Below are positions 28,009-42,006 of a stretch of 64,000 nt of DNA, piece after piece. The DNA is from the human T2T-CHM13v2.0 reference genome, Homo sapiens. Below the pieces are notes generated by a model. It saw only the letters and a program-made list of their open reading frames with translations. It was not told the DNA's origin and did no database searches. Position numbers and translations under genes: made by a program. Position 1 is the stretch's first letter; each line of letters begins with the position of its first letter. The stretch lies in the NCBI RefSeq assembly GCF_009914755.1, contig NC_060927.1, one strand, 5' to 3'.

Positions 28009-28701
28009 GTACAAAGGACTCTGCAAGCTTATGAATTCAGTTTAAAAAACTTTTAGCTATGGTTTAGTAAAGAAAAGACTAAGTAGAAAAATTGTCAAGT
28101 TGCATAAAAGATTTTATGTTGAAGAACACAGGCTTCTTTGCTAGATAACAGCATAGTAAAATCAAAGGGAGCAATTTGGAGAAAGATTAAAGTCATTAAA
28201 AAATGATGCTGCATACAGTGCGTAGGAAAGCTAGAAGAATTAATGATAAATTCATGACAAACATGGAATAGATCGAACATTTGCGTATAGAAAAAACAAT
28301 TTGATGAAAATCATGAATAAATAGGTCAGTGATCTCTCAACTAAGATAACCTGTGACAACCTACATTCTAAGGTTACTACCAGAGAGCTAGGGAGGCTAG
28401 CTTCTCTCTCTGACCCTACTTCAGGGAAAATTCTAAACAACAATATTTGCAGCTTCAAAAACTATGTTGGGATTTGACTCAAATTTATGAATCTATGATC
28501 AGGTCAGGTCAGAATATGCTGAGTTGTATTGATCAGTTTACGATATAAAGACTAAAAGGAAATGAGTTTCATGCCTAAACATTTGAAAGCTCAGTACTGG
28601 AATGTTAGACTCAGAGACAACTAAGTCCTGAAAAAAAATTAAAAAAAGATTAAACACTACCTTAGAACAGCATGAGATACATTTATAAACTCTCCACACC
28701 A

Positions 28702-29219
28702 TGTGTTTGTTCCTATTGCTGCTGCAACAAATTAAATTACCGCAAACTTTAGGGTCTAAACCAACATAAATGTATTATCTTACCATTCTGAAGATCAGGA
28801 GTACAAAACTGGTATTATTCAACTAAAGTTCAGGTGTTAGAAAGTCTGGTTTCTGCTAGAGGTTCTGATGAGAGAACCTATTTTCTTGCCACTTTTCTGC
28901 TTCTGGTGGCCATATGTATTTTTCTGTGGCTTCTTCTTCCACCTTCAAAGTGGTTGCAACCACTTTGAAGAGGTTGGAACTCCAGCCTCTACTTCAGTCA
29001 TCATATCACCTTGCCCTTTGCCTCTGATTCCTCCAGCACCCCTCTTATAAGAAACCTTGTGATTATATCAGGTCCACCTGAATAATGCATATTATTTGCC
29101 TTTCAAAATCCTTAACTTAATCACATTTGCCAAGTCCCTTTCATACTATAAAGATAACATTCTCTGGTTCAAGGGGTTGTGATGTAGACATATTTGGGAG
29201 CCATTATTTAGCCAACCTT
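28702..29219 (-). mobile_element. MLT1-family MaLR solo LTR
   Basis: cctattgctgctgcaacaaatta...aaatccttaacttaatcacatttgccaagtccctt...gccattattt. Confidence 0.75.
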
Positions 29220-29263
29220 ACTTATAGACCTATACAACCTATATACCACAATCCGTAGAACAG

Positions 29264-29265
<2 letters not shown>

Positions 29266-29295
<30 letters not shown>
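29266..29295. repeat. (TG)n microsatellite
   Basis: Direct reading. Confidence 0.95.
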
Positions 29296-29298
<3 letters not shown>

Positions 29299-30099
29299 CA
29301 AATTCATAAGTTCATATTTTAATAACAATAAATATTATTCAAAATTTATATCCCATTTCTGGGCCACTGCATTGAACCTAACCCTTTGAGGATAATTGAC
29401 ATATATTTTTAAATTTAAAGATTAGAATATGGTATTAACCATGAAACTCAGATAGATATGTATGCATTTTAGGAGGGCATTGCAGTGCTCTAGTACACTG
29501 TAACAAAATACGTTTTTATATAGTATAACCTTAGGAAAAAAGGAGAAATCAAGCTTTTACTTATGCCTTTTTCAGTGAATTCCAAGTTTATTGGGTCATA
29601 AATTGCTAGGATAAAGTCAGACATTGTAAGTGAAAATAGGCAGATTTTTCTCTAATCATTGCTAATGAATTCCTAAAACCTCTTAGAAAACAAACTGAAG
29701 AGAAATCCGTAGGGAAAATACTTCAGATAATTCATCTGAGATATCAATAGAATAGTTGATGAGTTCAAGTTTTGGTTCACTATCAGGACACGGAAAGGAC
29801 GCTGCCAATTCTCTAACTGCTATTGTGATCTTTTCAAGTTAATTTAATGTAGTTGAATCATGCTTGAATTAATTATTGCCAAGTTCTTTAGAAAAAAATG
29901 CTATTCTCGTGATTTAATGGTATAAGGTTGGAGGGTCCCTGAAAGAAGGAAGACACTTGCAAATAAAATTAACACCATCATTTTCTGTGTGTGAATATTT
30001 TGATATTCATTATCTATTGACACTATAAAACCAAATAATAAGAACAACAACAACAAAAACAATTCTTGGAAGGCCAAAGTGGTATATAATAATAAATCA

Positions 30100-30400
30100 T
30101 TTACTTATCTAGGGTGGTTAGCTAGGAAGTAATCTTGCCTGAGATTGCTCACACGTCTGGCTGTCAGTGGATCTGTCAGTTGACATTAGCTGGGACAAAT
30201 GGGACAATTTGACTCTGATCCATGCATTTCTTACCCTTCAGCAGGTTAGCCTGGGCATGACTTCAGGATGGCAGAGGCACAAGAAAGCAAGCAGGAAGAT
30301 ACAAGTGACCTCCCAAACTTTTTCGGGTGTTGAGACGAACAACGGTCAATATCCAAAGCAAGTTTCAAGTCTAAATCTGGAGGCACAGTGAGAATGAACA
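30100..30400 (-). mobile_element. Old MLT1 (H/J-like) LTR fragment
   Basis: cttcagcaggttagcctgggcat...atggcagagg...aagaaagcaagc motif. Confidence 0.5.
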
Positions 30401-31403
30401 ACAAAATTATGAGCCGTTAATTCACTCAGTATAGGACATCCGAAAGCCAGAAAATGTGCTTGTATAAATTTGAACATTTGCTTTAATGAATTTATAAAAA
30501 TTAATTAAAAATACTCAAAAAATGTTTTAAGGTCACAAGCAAAAAGCATCTTTTCATAAAATGATGATAAAATATAGAATTCTACGCAGATTGCTTTTAC
30601 ACATATGTGGTAAAATAATTTTGTTTCCATTTCAATTTAACAAAATATGACCCCCATATTGAATCTAATGACAAATTTTTACATTTAAAAATGCCTTAAA
30701 ATGTTCATTAATATCATAATACATCATGTGGATATTGAGGATATTAACAAACCTGAAAATGAAATAAGACTTCTCCCCTGTCTGTTTCAAAACAAACTAA
30801 ATTTAATATAATATTACTTACTTAATAAAAATTGAATGACTATTGTTGATTATACCTATTTTGCAAGTGCTTAAGTTTGTTGTAGTTGGTTCATTTAAAT
30901 AAACCAATTTTCAAGGCTTTTAGAATTCATATAATGGAAATTTCAGTTTAGCTTTCTCAGGTATTGCATTTCCTACACATCTGTTATTTCTTTCTGAAAA
31001 AATACAGTATTTTTTAGTATTTCTCAAAACAAGCATAATGTGGATCATGCACAACACAGCTCATTACAGGCAGTATTTCATTGTATAGAAATATGTGATG
31101 ATTTCAGCATTCCATCCTTGTTCTTTCATTCACAAAAATATATTGAATATGTGCCTCTTCTACATTCTGGGAATATAGCAAAGAACAAAACAAAGTAAAA
31201 ACTGGTATTATTTCCAAATATATGTTTTGAATTTGGTTTGGTTAACTAAAATTATTGTATTTTTGTCTTAAATTTTAATCATTTTTATATACCTTTAGAC
31301 ACTATTTTAAAAACTGTGAAAAATAAATATTTTAACTTTATAAGTATACAAGTGTGTTTTATCTCTCACTCAAAAGTTATATAAGTAGGAATCCCTCCAT
31401 TAG

Positions 31404-31808
31404 GGTGTTAATCCATTCTTGCACTGCTATAAATACCTAAGACTGGAAAATTTATAAACAAAGAGGTTTAATTGGTTCATGGTTCCACAAGCTGTACAGG
31501 AAGTGTGGCAGCATCTGTTTCTGGGGAGGCTTCAGGGGTATTTTACTCATGGCAGAAGGTAAAGCAGGAATAGGCATCTACATGACAGGATCAGGACTAA
31601 GACAGAGACAGAGTGGTGCCACATACTTTTAAACAACCAGATCTCATAAGAACTCTATTATGAGAACAGCACCAAGGGGATGGTGCTCAGCCAGTCAAGA
31701 AGGATCCACCCTCAAGTGCCAGCCACATCCCATCAGGCCTTACCTCCAACATAAGTAATTACAATTGAACATGAGATTTGGGTAGGGACACAGATCCAAA
31801 CCATATCC
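31404..31808 (-). mobile_element. MSTA-like solo LTR
   Basis: Ends gagatttgggtagggacacagatccaaaccatatc; TSD attag/gttag. Confidence 0.88.
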
Positions 31809-33156
31809 GTTAGGTAGGAAAAAGTAAAACTATTTTTACTAAAGCCTCAGTTTAAAATTAATGAATTCAAATTGCTACACATCTTCCTCAGGTAATACTT
31901 ATTTCTTTTTACCTCCTTGAAATTAGAAGCTGGAAGAGACTAGTCTTATAGTGTCATTGCAGCCCAGGATTGCTTCACTCCACCTCCAACTATTCTATTT
32001 CTTCATGGAATTATTTGTATAGAATAACACAGATGTAGAACTGGATAAACATCGCTCTTCACCATACTAGCTGATTGCCCATCTTTGTCAAAGAGGTGAA
32101 TACAAATATGTAACGTTACTAAAAAGCCACTTGTGTCTGAGAGGCTCTGTGCACCTTTAAGTAGAGTTCACAGGAGTCACAAACTCTATATAAATGACGT
32201 TAAAGTCATTTGTGGTCCCTTTCACTTTCTGTGACGATTTTGCTAAGATTTATAATCCCACTGTTTGGAAGCCAACCTTCTTGACTATTCAATGCATAGT
32301 AAGATAAATTGCTATTTTTCTTTACCAATGAAAGGAGCTGCCTTTTAATTTTCTACATCCAGGCTGTGACACTAGCTTTCAAATCTTTTTCATTTTGTTT
32401 TGTTCTCACTTTTTTTTTTCCCTAGAAACTATTCTTGGCACAGATACTTGTTTCACAGAAGTCCCATAAGATGTTGCATTTTACTGAATAAGGTTAAACA
32501 ATACATCACACTCAGGAAATTTGTATTGTAACAGAAACATCCTATTTTTTAATGTCTTTGTAACTAGACCTACTCAATTCCTCAAAAAGAAATAAGGAGT
32601 GTAGAGGAAAGGCAAAACTCTGAGGCTTGAAAAACTAAACTCTGAGTTGTCCATTATACAATTATTTATTAAATATTCTTAAGAACCTTTGAGAAAGACT
32701 TTATTTAACCATCCAAGCTACAACAAACTCAACTACCTGCAAAACAGGAATAATAAGAAAAGCCATATCTACAGAGACGCTGAGAATTTGAATAAGAATC
32801 ATCTCCATAATCATTGTAAAAACTGCTTGAGTTCTTTTGGGGAAGAAAAGTGTATTCAAATTGTGATACTAATATGAACTTCTGAGTTTGAGGAGTTTGT
32901 AACTATATTTAGAAGTTAGTCCTTGAATTATTCTTTAGCTTCCGTCCAAGCACTGGAACCATTTTTTTTAAAGCCATTTCTGTTTTGTACCAAACCAGAG
33001 ACCTTTCCAATCATGGGGTTTAAATGAAGTCGATATTAATTATATGTCTTTGAATATTTTTAAAGAGAAAGAATGCTAGTATAATCAGTCAAGGGCCAGG
33101 TCACAGACCACTTCACATACATTGACTGCCACCATAAAGAGGGAAGCTCTTCATAA

Positions 33157-33240
33157 AAATATCATGTGAAAGGATGGCTGTTTCATGATATTTTCAAATA
33201 TCTTGTGAAAGGATGGCTGTTTCATGATGGCTGCTTCATG
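33157..33240. repeat. Short tandem duplication (period 39) with a partial third copy
   Basis: aaatatc(a/t)tgtgaaaggatggctgtttcatgat twice, then gatggctgcttcatg. Confidence 0.9.
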
Positions 33241-34683
33241 TTTTAAACATAAACTGTTTTAACTTGGGTCCTCACATAATCTATTTGATCATTAGTACAA
33301 TAGGATAATAATAAATCAACTGACCAATATATTCAGGCACAAATTATACAGATGTTCATGCCAGTCTTTGGAGCAGTTTATTGTTAGATAAATCATATAT
33401 ATGGGAAAAGTAAAATAGAAGGCTGACAAGAGGGCAAGTGTGTTAATAAAAATGAGAGTTAATTGTAGCTGTGAAAAACAAGGGCGTGAGAGCCGTCAGA
33501 AAGTAAAAATAAAATCTCGCAAGTAATAAAAGAAAGCATGTCCCTATGGTATTCATTGTGAAATGTAGGACTAGTCAATCAAATCAATTTTGGTTTGCTA
33601 AAAATATAAACACTTAAAATTTCAATTTAATTCAAGATTTTCTTCTAAGTCCAAAATTTTTTTTCTTACATATTAGGCATTTAAACAGCTTATCTTACTC
33701 TAATTTAAACATGCTGCTTTAAAAACTTTTTTATTAAGGAATCTAGCATACTTAGAGCTGAAAATAATATTTCTGCCAGGGTATGCAAAGGAATACTGTC
33801 CTGAACAGTGCATTACAGTGTTTCATGCGAAGTGAAAGTCACAAAATGCCCAGCATAGCATCTTCTAGAAATACAGCATTTGTTAGACATAGATTGATAG
33901 CAAAAAAGAAATGAATACATATTCTCCCAGGGAATTAGAGCATCTGCAATACAGCCTGAGAGAAAGATAAACAGTTGCAGAGCCTGACAAATTTTTTCTG
34001 ACAAGCATATGATGAAATATAAGAAAGTTTGTCTAGGTCAAAAAGCCAATACTTCCTTCAACAAAACCAAACATCACAGAAGGATGGATAGACCACAAGA
34101 TCAGATATATATGACTAATTTTCTAATTTTCAAAATCAATTAAAAAATCTCTTTGTCCTGGAGGTAAGTACTCATGCACACTTGATGTCAGATCCTAAGA
34201 ACTTCTGTGAGAATTCCTAAGTATTATCCTAATCAATTTTGAACTGCATAGCCTGTCAAGGTTTTCCTTCCTGTAGTTGAATCTGAGAATCTATGAATCT
34301 GTAAAACTATAAACTGATGCTGATCTGACTCTTTCGAGTTTAATATCTAAGCTGAAATGTGTAATTTCTGAACCATGCATGTTGATAATGCTAATTCAAT
34401 TTACTCACTTGACAAACCTCATGATCTCAGGAAATCTTTTGATTTATGAGACACTGAAATGCCACATTTAAACAAGTAGGCATTGCTTGTTGTGAGATTC
34501 TGCTAATCTTTTTACATACTAATCATTCTACAATGTTGTCTACAAAATTCACAAATTCCAGATAATTATTATATATGTAGCAACACCCCTTACTTGAATA
34601 ATAGTGTATTTATGAAACTTGAGTGGCTTACAAACTCTTCTCTCTTCTTAGAACTTTTTCATTGATACTGGACATTATATAAA

Positions 34684-34737
34684 TTTTTGTCATTACTTTT
34701 AATGGCAAAAATCACAATTACTTTTGCACCAGCCTAA
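34684..34737. mobile_element. Partial MADE1 (one TIR)
   Basis: cattacttttaatggcaaaaatcacaattacttttgcaccagcctaa. Confidence 0.8.
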
Positions 34738-35263
34738 TAAAGTACTATAATTCTAGGTGAAGTAAGACTTTAGATATGTTTGTGATCTGAGGTTGTAATA
34801 ATCATATCAGTGGCTTTGGCTGTATGTCGTAGCCATGTTTTTAAATTCTGTTTATTTAAGACCATAGACTTCACTGTGTTGTTGTCTTCTTTTATTACTT
34901 CATAGGGGCATTTAAATAGATTGATATTCATTTTTTTAGAGAAAACAACTTTTTGGTAAGTGGATAGTTTCTTCTAAGAATTACTCTTCTTCAGTTATAA
35001 TTATTGCTTATTTCTTTTCTTCTATAATAGATATATAAAGACATGAAATTAATAATATAAACCAAAGCAAGTACATATAAGTGAAGTATTTCTGAACCAT
35101 TAGGTACTACCTGTTTTTTGAGGTAAGTGAATCATAATATTAAAAGCTGAGTTTTACTATGCATATATTACAAAAAAAATCTTTTTATGGAAATTACTAA
35201 GTTAACATCATCACTATTTTCTCAGACTATCTCATTTCTGAAATTGCAATTTTAACTTGTTAG

Positions 35264-36176
35264 TGTAAAACAGAAACTGTCTGCAGCAGGTCTCAAGCAA
35301 TTAGAGGTTTATTTAGCCAATGTTGAGAACACCCCTGGGGATAAAAACATAAATCACAAGGTGTATTAGTCCATTTTCACGCTGCTAATAAAGACATACC
35401 TAAGACTGGGCAATTTAAAAAGGAAATAGGTTTAATGGACTTACAGCTCCTCGTGGCTGGGGAAGCCTCACAATCATGGTGGAAGGCAAGGAGGAGCAAG
35501 TCACATCTTAAGTGGATGGCAGCAGGCAAAAAGAGAGTTTGTGCAGGAAAACTCTGCCTTATAAATCCATGAGATCTCATGAGAATTATTCACTATCATG
35601 AGAACAGCATGAGAAAGACCTGCCCCTATCATTCAATTACCTCCACCAACTCCCTCCCATAACATGTGGGAATTCAAGATGAGATTTGGGTGGGGACACA
35701 GCCAAACCATATAACGGGTGTCTATGACCTGTGCTTTTTCCAAAGCAGGTTGTGGGAACTTCAGTATTTAAAGGAGAAAGAGCAAGCAGGAGGGAAGAAA
35801 TAGAGAGGGAGGGCAGGCAGTGAAACAAATGGTTACATTCTTGTGAGACCCTGATTAACCTCATTAAATCTACATTTTTTTTTACATGCGAAATAGCAGA
35901 GTAGAAGAAAAGGTCAATTATGCATTGTCTCCTGCTGAGTAAAGTTACATATTACATCAGATAAAGTAAACATGTTAAAAGAGGGAGCAGAAGAAAAAGT
36001 CAGTTATGCATTGTCTCATGCCCAGTAAAACTACATTTTACATAAGATGAAGTAAGCAGGTGAAATTACAGCTATCTGGGAACAAAAGGAAGAAGTATTG
36101 GTGACTCAGTTCTCAGACTTAACTTTCCCTTTGGCATAGCAACTGTGGGGCCCCAAGATTGTATTTTTCTTGCACA
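35264..36176 (-). mobile_element. MER4-family ERV1 solo LTR, interrupted by a THE1 LTR
   Basis: TG...CA termini; 4-bp TSD ttag; minus start TGTGCAAGAAAAATACAATCTTGGGGCCCC; internal ~85-bp imperfect tandem repeat at ~35900-36065. Confidence 0.8.
35362..35714 (-). mobile_element. THE1 solo LTR nested in the MER4-like LTR
   Basis: tgtattagtccatttt...gggtggggacacagccaaaccatat. Confidence 0.92.
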
Positions 36177-36820
36177 TTAGAAACTTATTTTCCATACTCA
36201 TTCCCCAACATTAACTAATATTGGCATTTGGTAGACTGTATTTCAGTTGATACCATGGGTCTAACAAATCATTGAATATTAATTTTAACATATTATTAAA
36301 ACTAAGGGCACTGTCTTTGGAAAACATTATCAAATAGGTAAACATGGCAAATCAAAAGAGATTTTAGAAACACCTGCACTACTTCCAAATTTTCATAGTT
36401 TCCAGTGGTGTGAATAGCCTCTCAGTGCAAGCTGATACTGTAATGCTACTTCTCAGCAGTAGCTGTAGACTAATGATATGAGAAAGACAGAGTATGCAGG
36501 AACTATTTGAATGCATTAAGCCACTTTGAAATAAAACAGAAAAAGACCAAATAATAGAACTCTTCTATTACAGACTTGAAAATTCCTTCTAAGATCATTT
36601 TGATATTTTCACTTTTTCTTTTACAGATATTTTAAAATTACATTGGAATTTTTATGGACATGCCGTGTGTATAGTAAGAAATCATATATTCAATCATACT
36701 TTCTATTCTTAATATTAAAGGTGCTTTTCCAAAATACATTTCTATATTTGAAAGCTGCTGATTTGAATATGCAATTAAAATCAATTTAGGGAAGCAGGGT
36801 TTATTTGATGAAACACTATC

Positions 36821-37406
36821 TGTTGGAGAAACCAGCCCCACACCACCCAGCGGGTACTCCGAGTCCGGAGGAGACAAAGGAGTTAGAAAGAGACAGAAGA
36901 AGCGTTTAAAAGGCATGTCCAGGGGACCTGAGCTTCGGAGCCTTGCTCAGGGCCCAGAGCTCTCGGGCTCCACCCAACTTATTGGTTTACAAGCTCTTTG
37001 TTCTTAGGGCAGATGGGAAGGGGAGGAAGGGATGAGGAAAAGGATTAATCAGTGAAGGAGAACTGGTGAGTCATTCGGTAAGATGTATAGCAGTGGCGGT
37101 TTCTGTGAATTTCCTTGAGCAAAGGTGTGTGTCTAAACTACCTAAGATCTTCAACTTATCAGGACTGAAACGGGTGGGAGTGGGTTTCAGGAGGAGCCAA
37201 AATGTTTGATTATACTCCCTGCTTCAAGGGAGTGTTATCTCCCCCAGCAACCTGTGGAACGCCGCTGAGCGGTTATGCTCTCGGGGCATAAAGACATGAA
37301 GGCAATAAGGAGACTGTTCTCCTCAGAGGCCGCCCATGGCTTCCCATGGGTGTCTCACACAGGGGAGACCAACTCACCTGGCACCCCAGAAACTCTCTTT
37401 CCCACA
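36821..37406 (-). mobile_element. ERVK-class solo LTR (LTR14B-like, HERV-K14/HML-1)
   Basis: Minus start TGTGGGAAAGAGAGTTTCTGGGGTGCCAG; TG...CA ends; TSD ctatc; CpGs retained. Confidence 0.8.
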
Positions 37407-40400
37407 CTATCTTTGCCAGTGGAAAAACTAGCAATTTCAACTGGAACTGTTAATTTTATATTTACTGTTTGATCATTCACCCTAAAACATGAAAGTTACC
37501 TTCAGTACTATCATCAGTTCATAAAATCTTCACTAACTGGTCTAACCTATTCTTCCATTTCCTGCTTCGTTTATCTTTACATCAAAATATATTGTATGTT
37601 TATTTAATTTCTGTATCCCTTCAGGAAATTTAAGTTCAAGAAAGCAGGAAATTTGTGTATAAGTACTGTATCTATCATGGGTGCCCAAGAAATAATATTG
37701 GAATCACTTCCCTGGTTGAAACAGTCCATCTGGGAGTCAATATTTACTTTAAAAATATTACCTAACAATTACTTCAGATTATAATACTTTTTTACAAAAA
37801 TAATGTACTCCTCATAAAACAAAGTTTATTTTGTATGCAAAATGGTGATTTACTACTAATTTTGAAAGATTTGTTCTATTTTCAAGCCATCCAAGACAAT
37901 GTTGAAATAATAGGCAGGATATAAAAAGAAGACATGAAAAATGAACAATATATCTTTCATTATTTGTCGAATAATCAACTGTATTATAGCAAAGGGTGTC
38001 CTTTATTATTAGTTTCTCAGTGAATATTGTGCCAACAAGGACAGATGGCCAAGCAACACAGACAAACATCTGGCCACCTGGAGTGGTGTTCACTAGAGAA
38101 AACTATGGACATAGAATCAGTAGCAGGTGACCTACTCTTGGCTTTACCATAACAATCCAGCAAATCAGACATTAGACCCAGAAATCATGGCCATTCTCCC
38201 TGTTGAGAGCAGGCTAAGGATATAAGAACAATATGGTCTGACCTCTGTCCTGGCAGCTTACAGTTGTGGTTGACGGTAGCACCATGCTTCTCATGTTGTG
38301 CTCAGGTGTTAGAGCCTTGTGGACAACCTGACACTGTAGTGGTAAAATGTACTGTATTTCCCCATGTTCTGGTGTAATTGGATATAAAGTGTGGGATGGA
38401 AGTACCAGCATCAATGTGTAATGTCTGACAAGGACTAGATGGTTTTCTTGGAGCACTATAAGAAACTATTTCCTTTCCTTGAAGTGGAACCCATAGAGGA
38501 TGAATTTGGGACAAGTTAATCTTCACCACTCAGCAAAATATAAAATTGGTGATGTTACTACATAGGAATAAAGACGGAAGCTTTTGAAAAAGCAATGAGG
38601 CTTGAAATAGAGGAAGTCAAAAAGTAGGCTATGGAAAATTTTACAAATATTACACATATGAAAACTTAGAGAATATTTTTTAAATTTGCATAAATCTTAG
38701 CAATTTGTATTCACTTACTAATAAAGTGTTATTTAAAAACAATTTTCTGATTTAGTAAGAAAAAATACATTTTGATCAATTATTCTGGATGATAATATAA
38801 ACTATGCTTTTTTTCCTCTACTCGGAAAATAATACATATAATAACATTTAATTAAAAGTGCAAAAAAGTGTCAAAAATACGTAAAGTTATTAAGTAAAGC
38901 AAATATGTTATTTTTATGGACTTCATGAAGTTCGTAGTATTTATAAAACTTTTAAAAATTTATAATTTATCATGATACATCATTTCATTTCAAATAGTCA
39001 CACTCATATTTAATTTGGTAACTTAAATTCTTTATTAATTTTTAAAGGGATATCCCCAAACCTGGAATTACCTCTGTTAGTAAGTACTTTTAAAAATAAT
39101 AATTTCAGTTTATTTGTAGCTAAAATTTATTTTATACAATCTGCTTTTAGTAAAACTTTCACTTGTTAACATGTACACCAAAATTCAAAAAACAAGGCCA
39201 GATAGGCCTTTTTATATTGTATTGAATAACTAATTTCTCTGCTCACCATCAGAGTGCAATATTCTTTAATACAGTCACCTTGAAATTGAACTTGTACTTT
39301 TCTATTTTATCTAAGATAAGAAATAAGGCTGTCACATATATCACGTTCAACCTACCTTAGTGTAAAGGATAAAGGTTATATCATCTCAGAAATGAAAATG
39401 TCAAATATCAGAGTTAGGTTCAATTATCTCTGAAAATAAATTTCTATAAATGGGCATTTGATAATAGTGAAATTCACAGAATAGAATTATAAACAGTTCT
39501 GGTTTTTAAATCATCTTTGAAAAGGCATATACTACTGTATACATTTCAGATGAATAACATAAAAAGCAAACACATGAAATTCATTAATACAGAACAAATT
39601 TAATTAGATTGTTTAAAAGTCATAGGCGTGTATTTTCTTCCTCAATGTATATTTTCGGTTAAAAAATAAGTATAAAAATGCTTATACAAGAATTATAATT
39701 CCAAATTAATAGCAAATCATCAGGCGCTAAGTTCTAGGAATGTGTGCATAATATACAGTCATTTCTTTCTATTTTAATATTGAGTTAAACATTTTAATGG
39801 ATTGGTAATTTCCTTCTATGCTGAGTCCTGTTTGCTTCCTCAAATGGAGTATTAGAAATTAATGAGGTAGTATCTGGTGCTTATGGCACTAAATAACCTA
39901 CTCCCTTTGCCTTATTTGTCTTCACAAATAAGTTACATATCCAGAGTGTCATCTTTCAATTATAACAGTTACTTTGATACTCAGGAATCACTATATATTC
40001 AGGTAAGCTTAAAAATTACAAAATAATAATTTTAAAAAAACCTTGAAGAGATCTCTGTAGGGTCCCTGAGCATTTCAACAGTTGAGGGGCATAAGTAGAA
40101 TGAATTAGGACAGAGGGACTTTCCAGCTCATGGGTACTGCTGGCACAATGTGTGTTGCTTAGAGTACCTGGAGTCTTGAATGTCCCCTGGCCAAAGATTA
40201 GACACAATAATGGCCGTGCTGTGAAACGAAACCCGTTTTGTTGTGTTTGTTTATTCTCTTTGATTTAATTACTTAAGCATTTGTGGAATTTTGAAATTCT
40301 TGAGAGAAAGATCTCCTTTATTACCTACCTCAAACAATTCAATTCCATAAATACTTTATTAAAGATATACTATATTTCTAGACTTACACTGAAGGTTGGA

Positions 40401-42006
40401 AAACTAGTTGACTGTGCATCTGTAGAAATCGGAGTCAAGAAAGAAAGCATGTTAATATTAATGATATTATATTCAACATTAAAATATCAACACACTATTG
40501 ACAATATTATCATATAAAATATTAATAGTATAGCTAGTACCTGAGTAAATGATAATAAATTTGGAGTTGCTAAAAAAATCAACCCTAGGTGTCAAATAAA
40601 TTAAAAAGTAAACAAAGGAATTAGGGCAACATATGGACCTTATCTTTTCTGGCTTAGTGCACCCATACAAATTACTTTATTACTTATTATAAACGAATAG
40701 AAATATCAATCTCTAAAATAGTCATTTTCAAAACACACTCTTAAACATTTAAATGCAATTGCATGAAATTTAGCTTAGGTTAAATATTGCTAATTTCTAG
40801 TTCCACAGTTCCAGCATAATAATTGAACAAGTAAGTCGCTTGAGTTGACTTAGGATAAATTACATAAAATGTCTTACAAAGACATTTGAAACACACTGAG
40901 GCTTCTATATAATGAGAAAAACAAATTTCCTAGAAAATATTTCTCAACATTTCTGAAACCCTGATTAAATGTGTTAATCAAAGAATGCTAAAAACCAGTG
41001 GAGTCTTCTACATTGACACACCAGGCATCTAATTTAGAATAATAACTACATGTCTTTCTTACTTCACAGCTTAATGAACAATAAGACGATTTATTCTAAA
41101 GCACATTCATTTCCTGCATTTCAAGTACAGCAGGAATAAAGAAAACCATTTATGTTTGTTGCATGTTAATATATTTACTGTCCTCTGCACCCAATCACCA
41201 TGGCAAATAAACAATTCTATTTCCCCCAGCGGTATTATGTTATGAGATCAGACAGCTTAATATTAAGACAAATAATATTATTTGAATTAATTATTTTTGG
41301 ATTCCCCAAGCTACTAAATGGAACTAATTCTTTACCAAAGATCAGAAGAGATTAATTATTTGGCACAAATGGCTAAGCTAGGGGATTTGGATCCTCAGAG
41401 ATATCCTTACCCTGGAAAAAAATATCGTGAAAGCATTCCAGGAGCTTCAGTGAGATTATTTCCCATCATAAAAATAGGCTTAGATGTTGCATACATCAAG
41501 AATTGTTAATACAAAGTAAGTAAAATTTTTCTACTACGGTATTACTCAATGTAGCCTACAGAGGAGCAGGCTAAGTTTGCAATTCATAAACCAGTTCTTT
41601 TATATCAGTTATTAATTTTAGGTGTTCATTTTATTCAGGAAAATGCTACATACAACTCATCTCAAATGTACCATGGAAATAAGTAAGGCCTGGGTGATTC
41701 TCTGGGCATCTCAATTGACCACGATATTGGAGAGTTGGAGGAGTTACCATCATGAATAGCACAGAGCACATGTTGTATTTTCTTCAGTGAGAGTTTGTGG
41801 TTCTAGATATTTATTGTTGTTGAAAATATCTGTCTTAAAATACAGCATATCCTACAAAACCCTGTTTTGATTTAGTTAGATAATAATTTGAGTTATAACA
41901 CTTTTAAAGTAATTTGTAGGATTTAAAATAACTTACCAATCTTACGTTAATAGCAACAGATTCTCAATGGTAAAGGGAGAAAAATTATATATTAAAAATC
42001 TCAATA

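Noticed and set aside
35900-36065. ~85-bp tandem repeat as an independent element
   Set aside because: Lies within the MER4-like LTR and is probably part of its structure
38020-38460. GC-richer segment, possibly an old ERVL LTR or exon
   Set aside because: Could not assign a family; overlapping short ORFs show no recognisable domain
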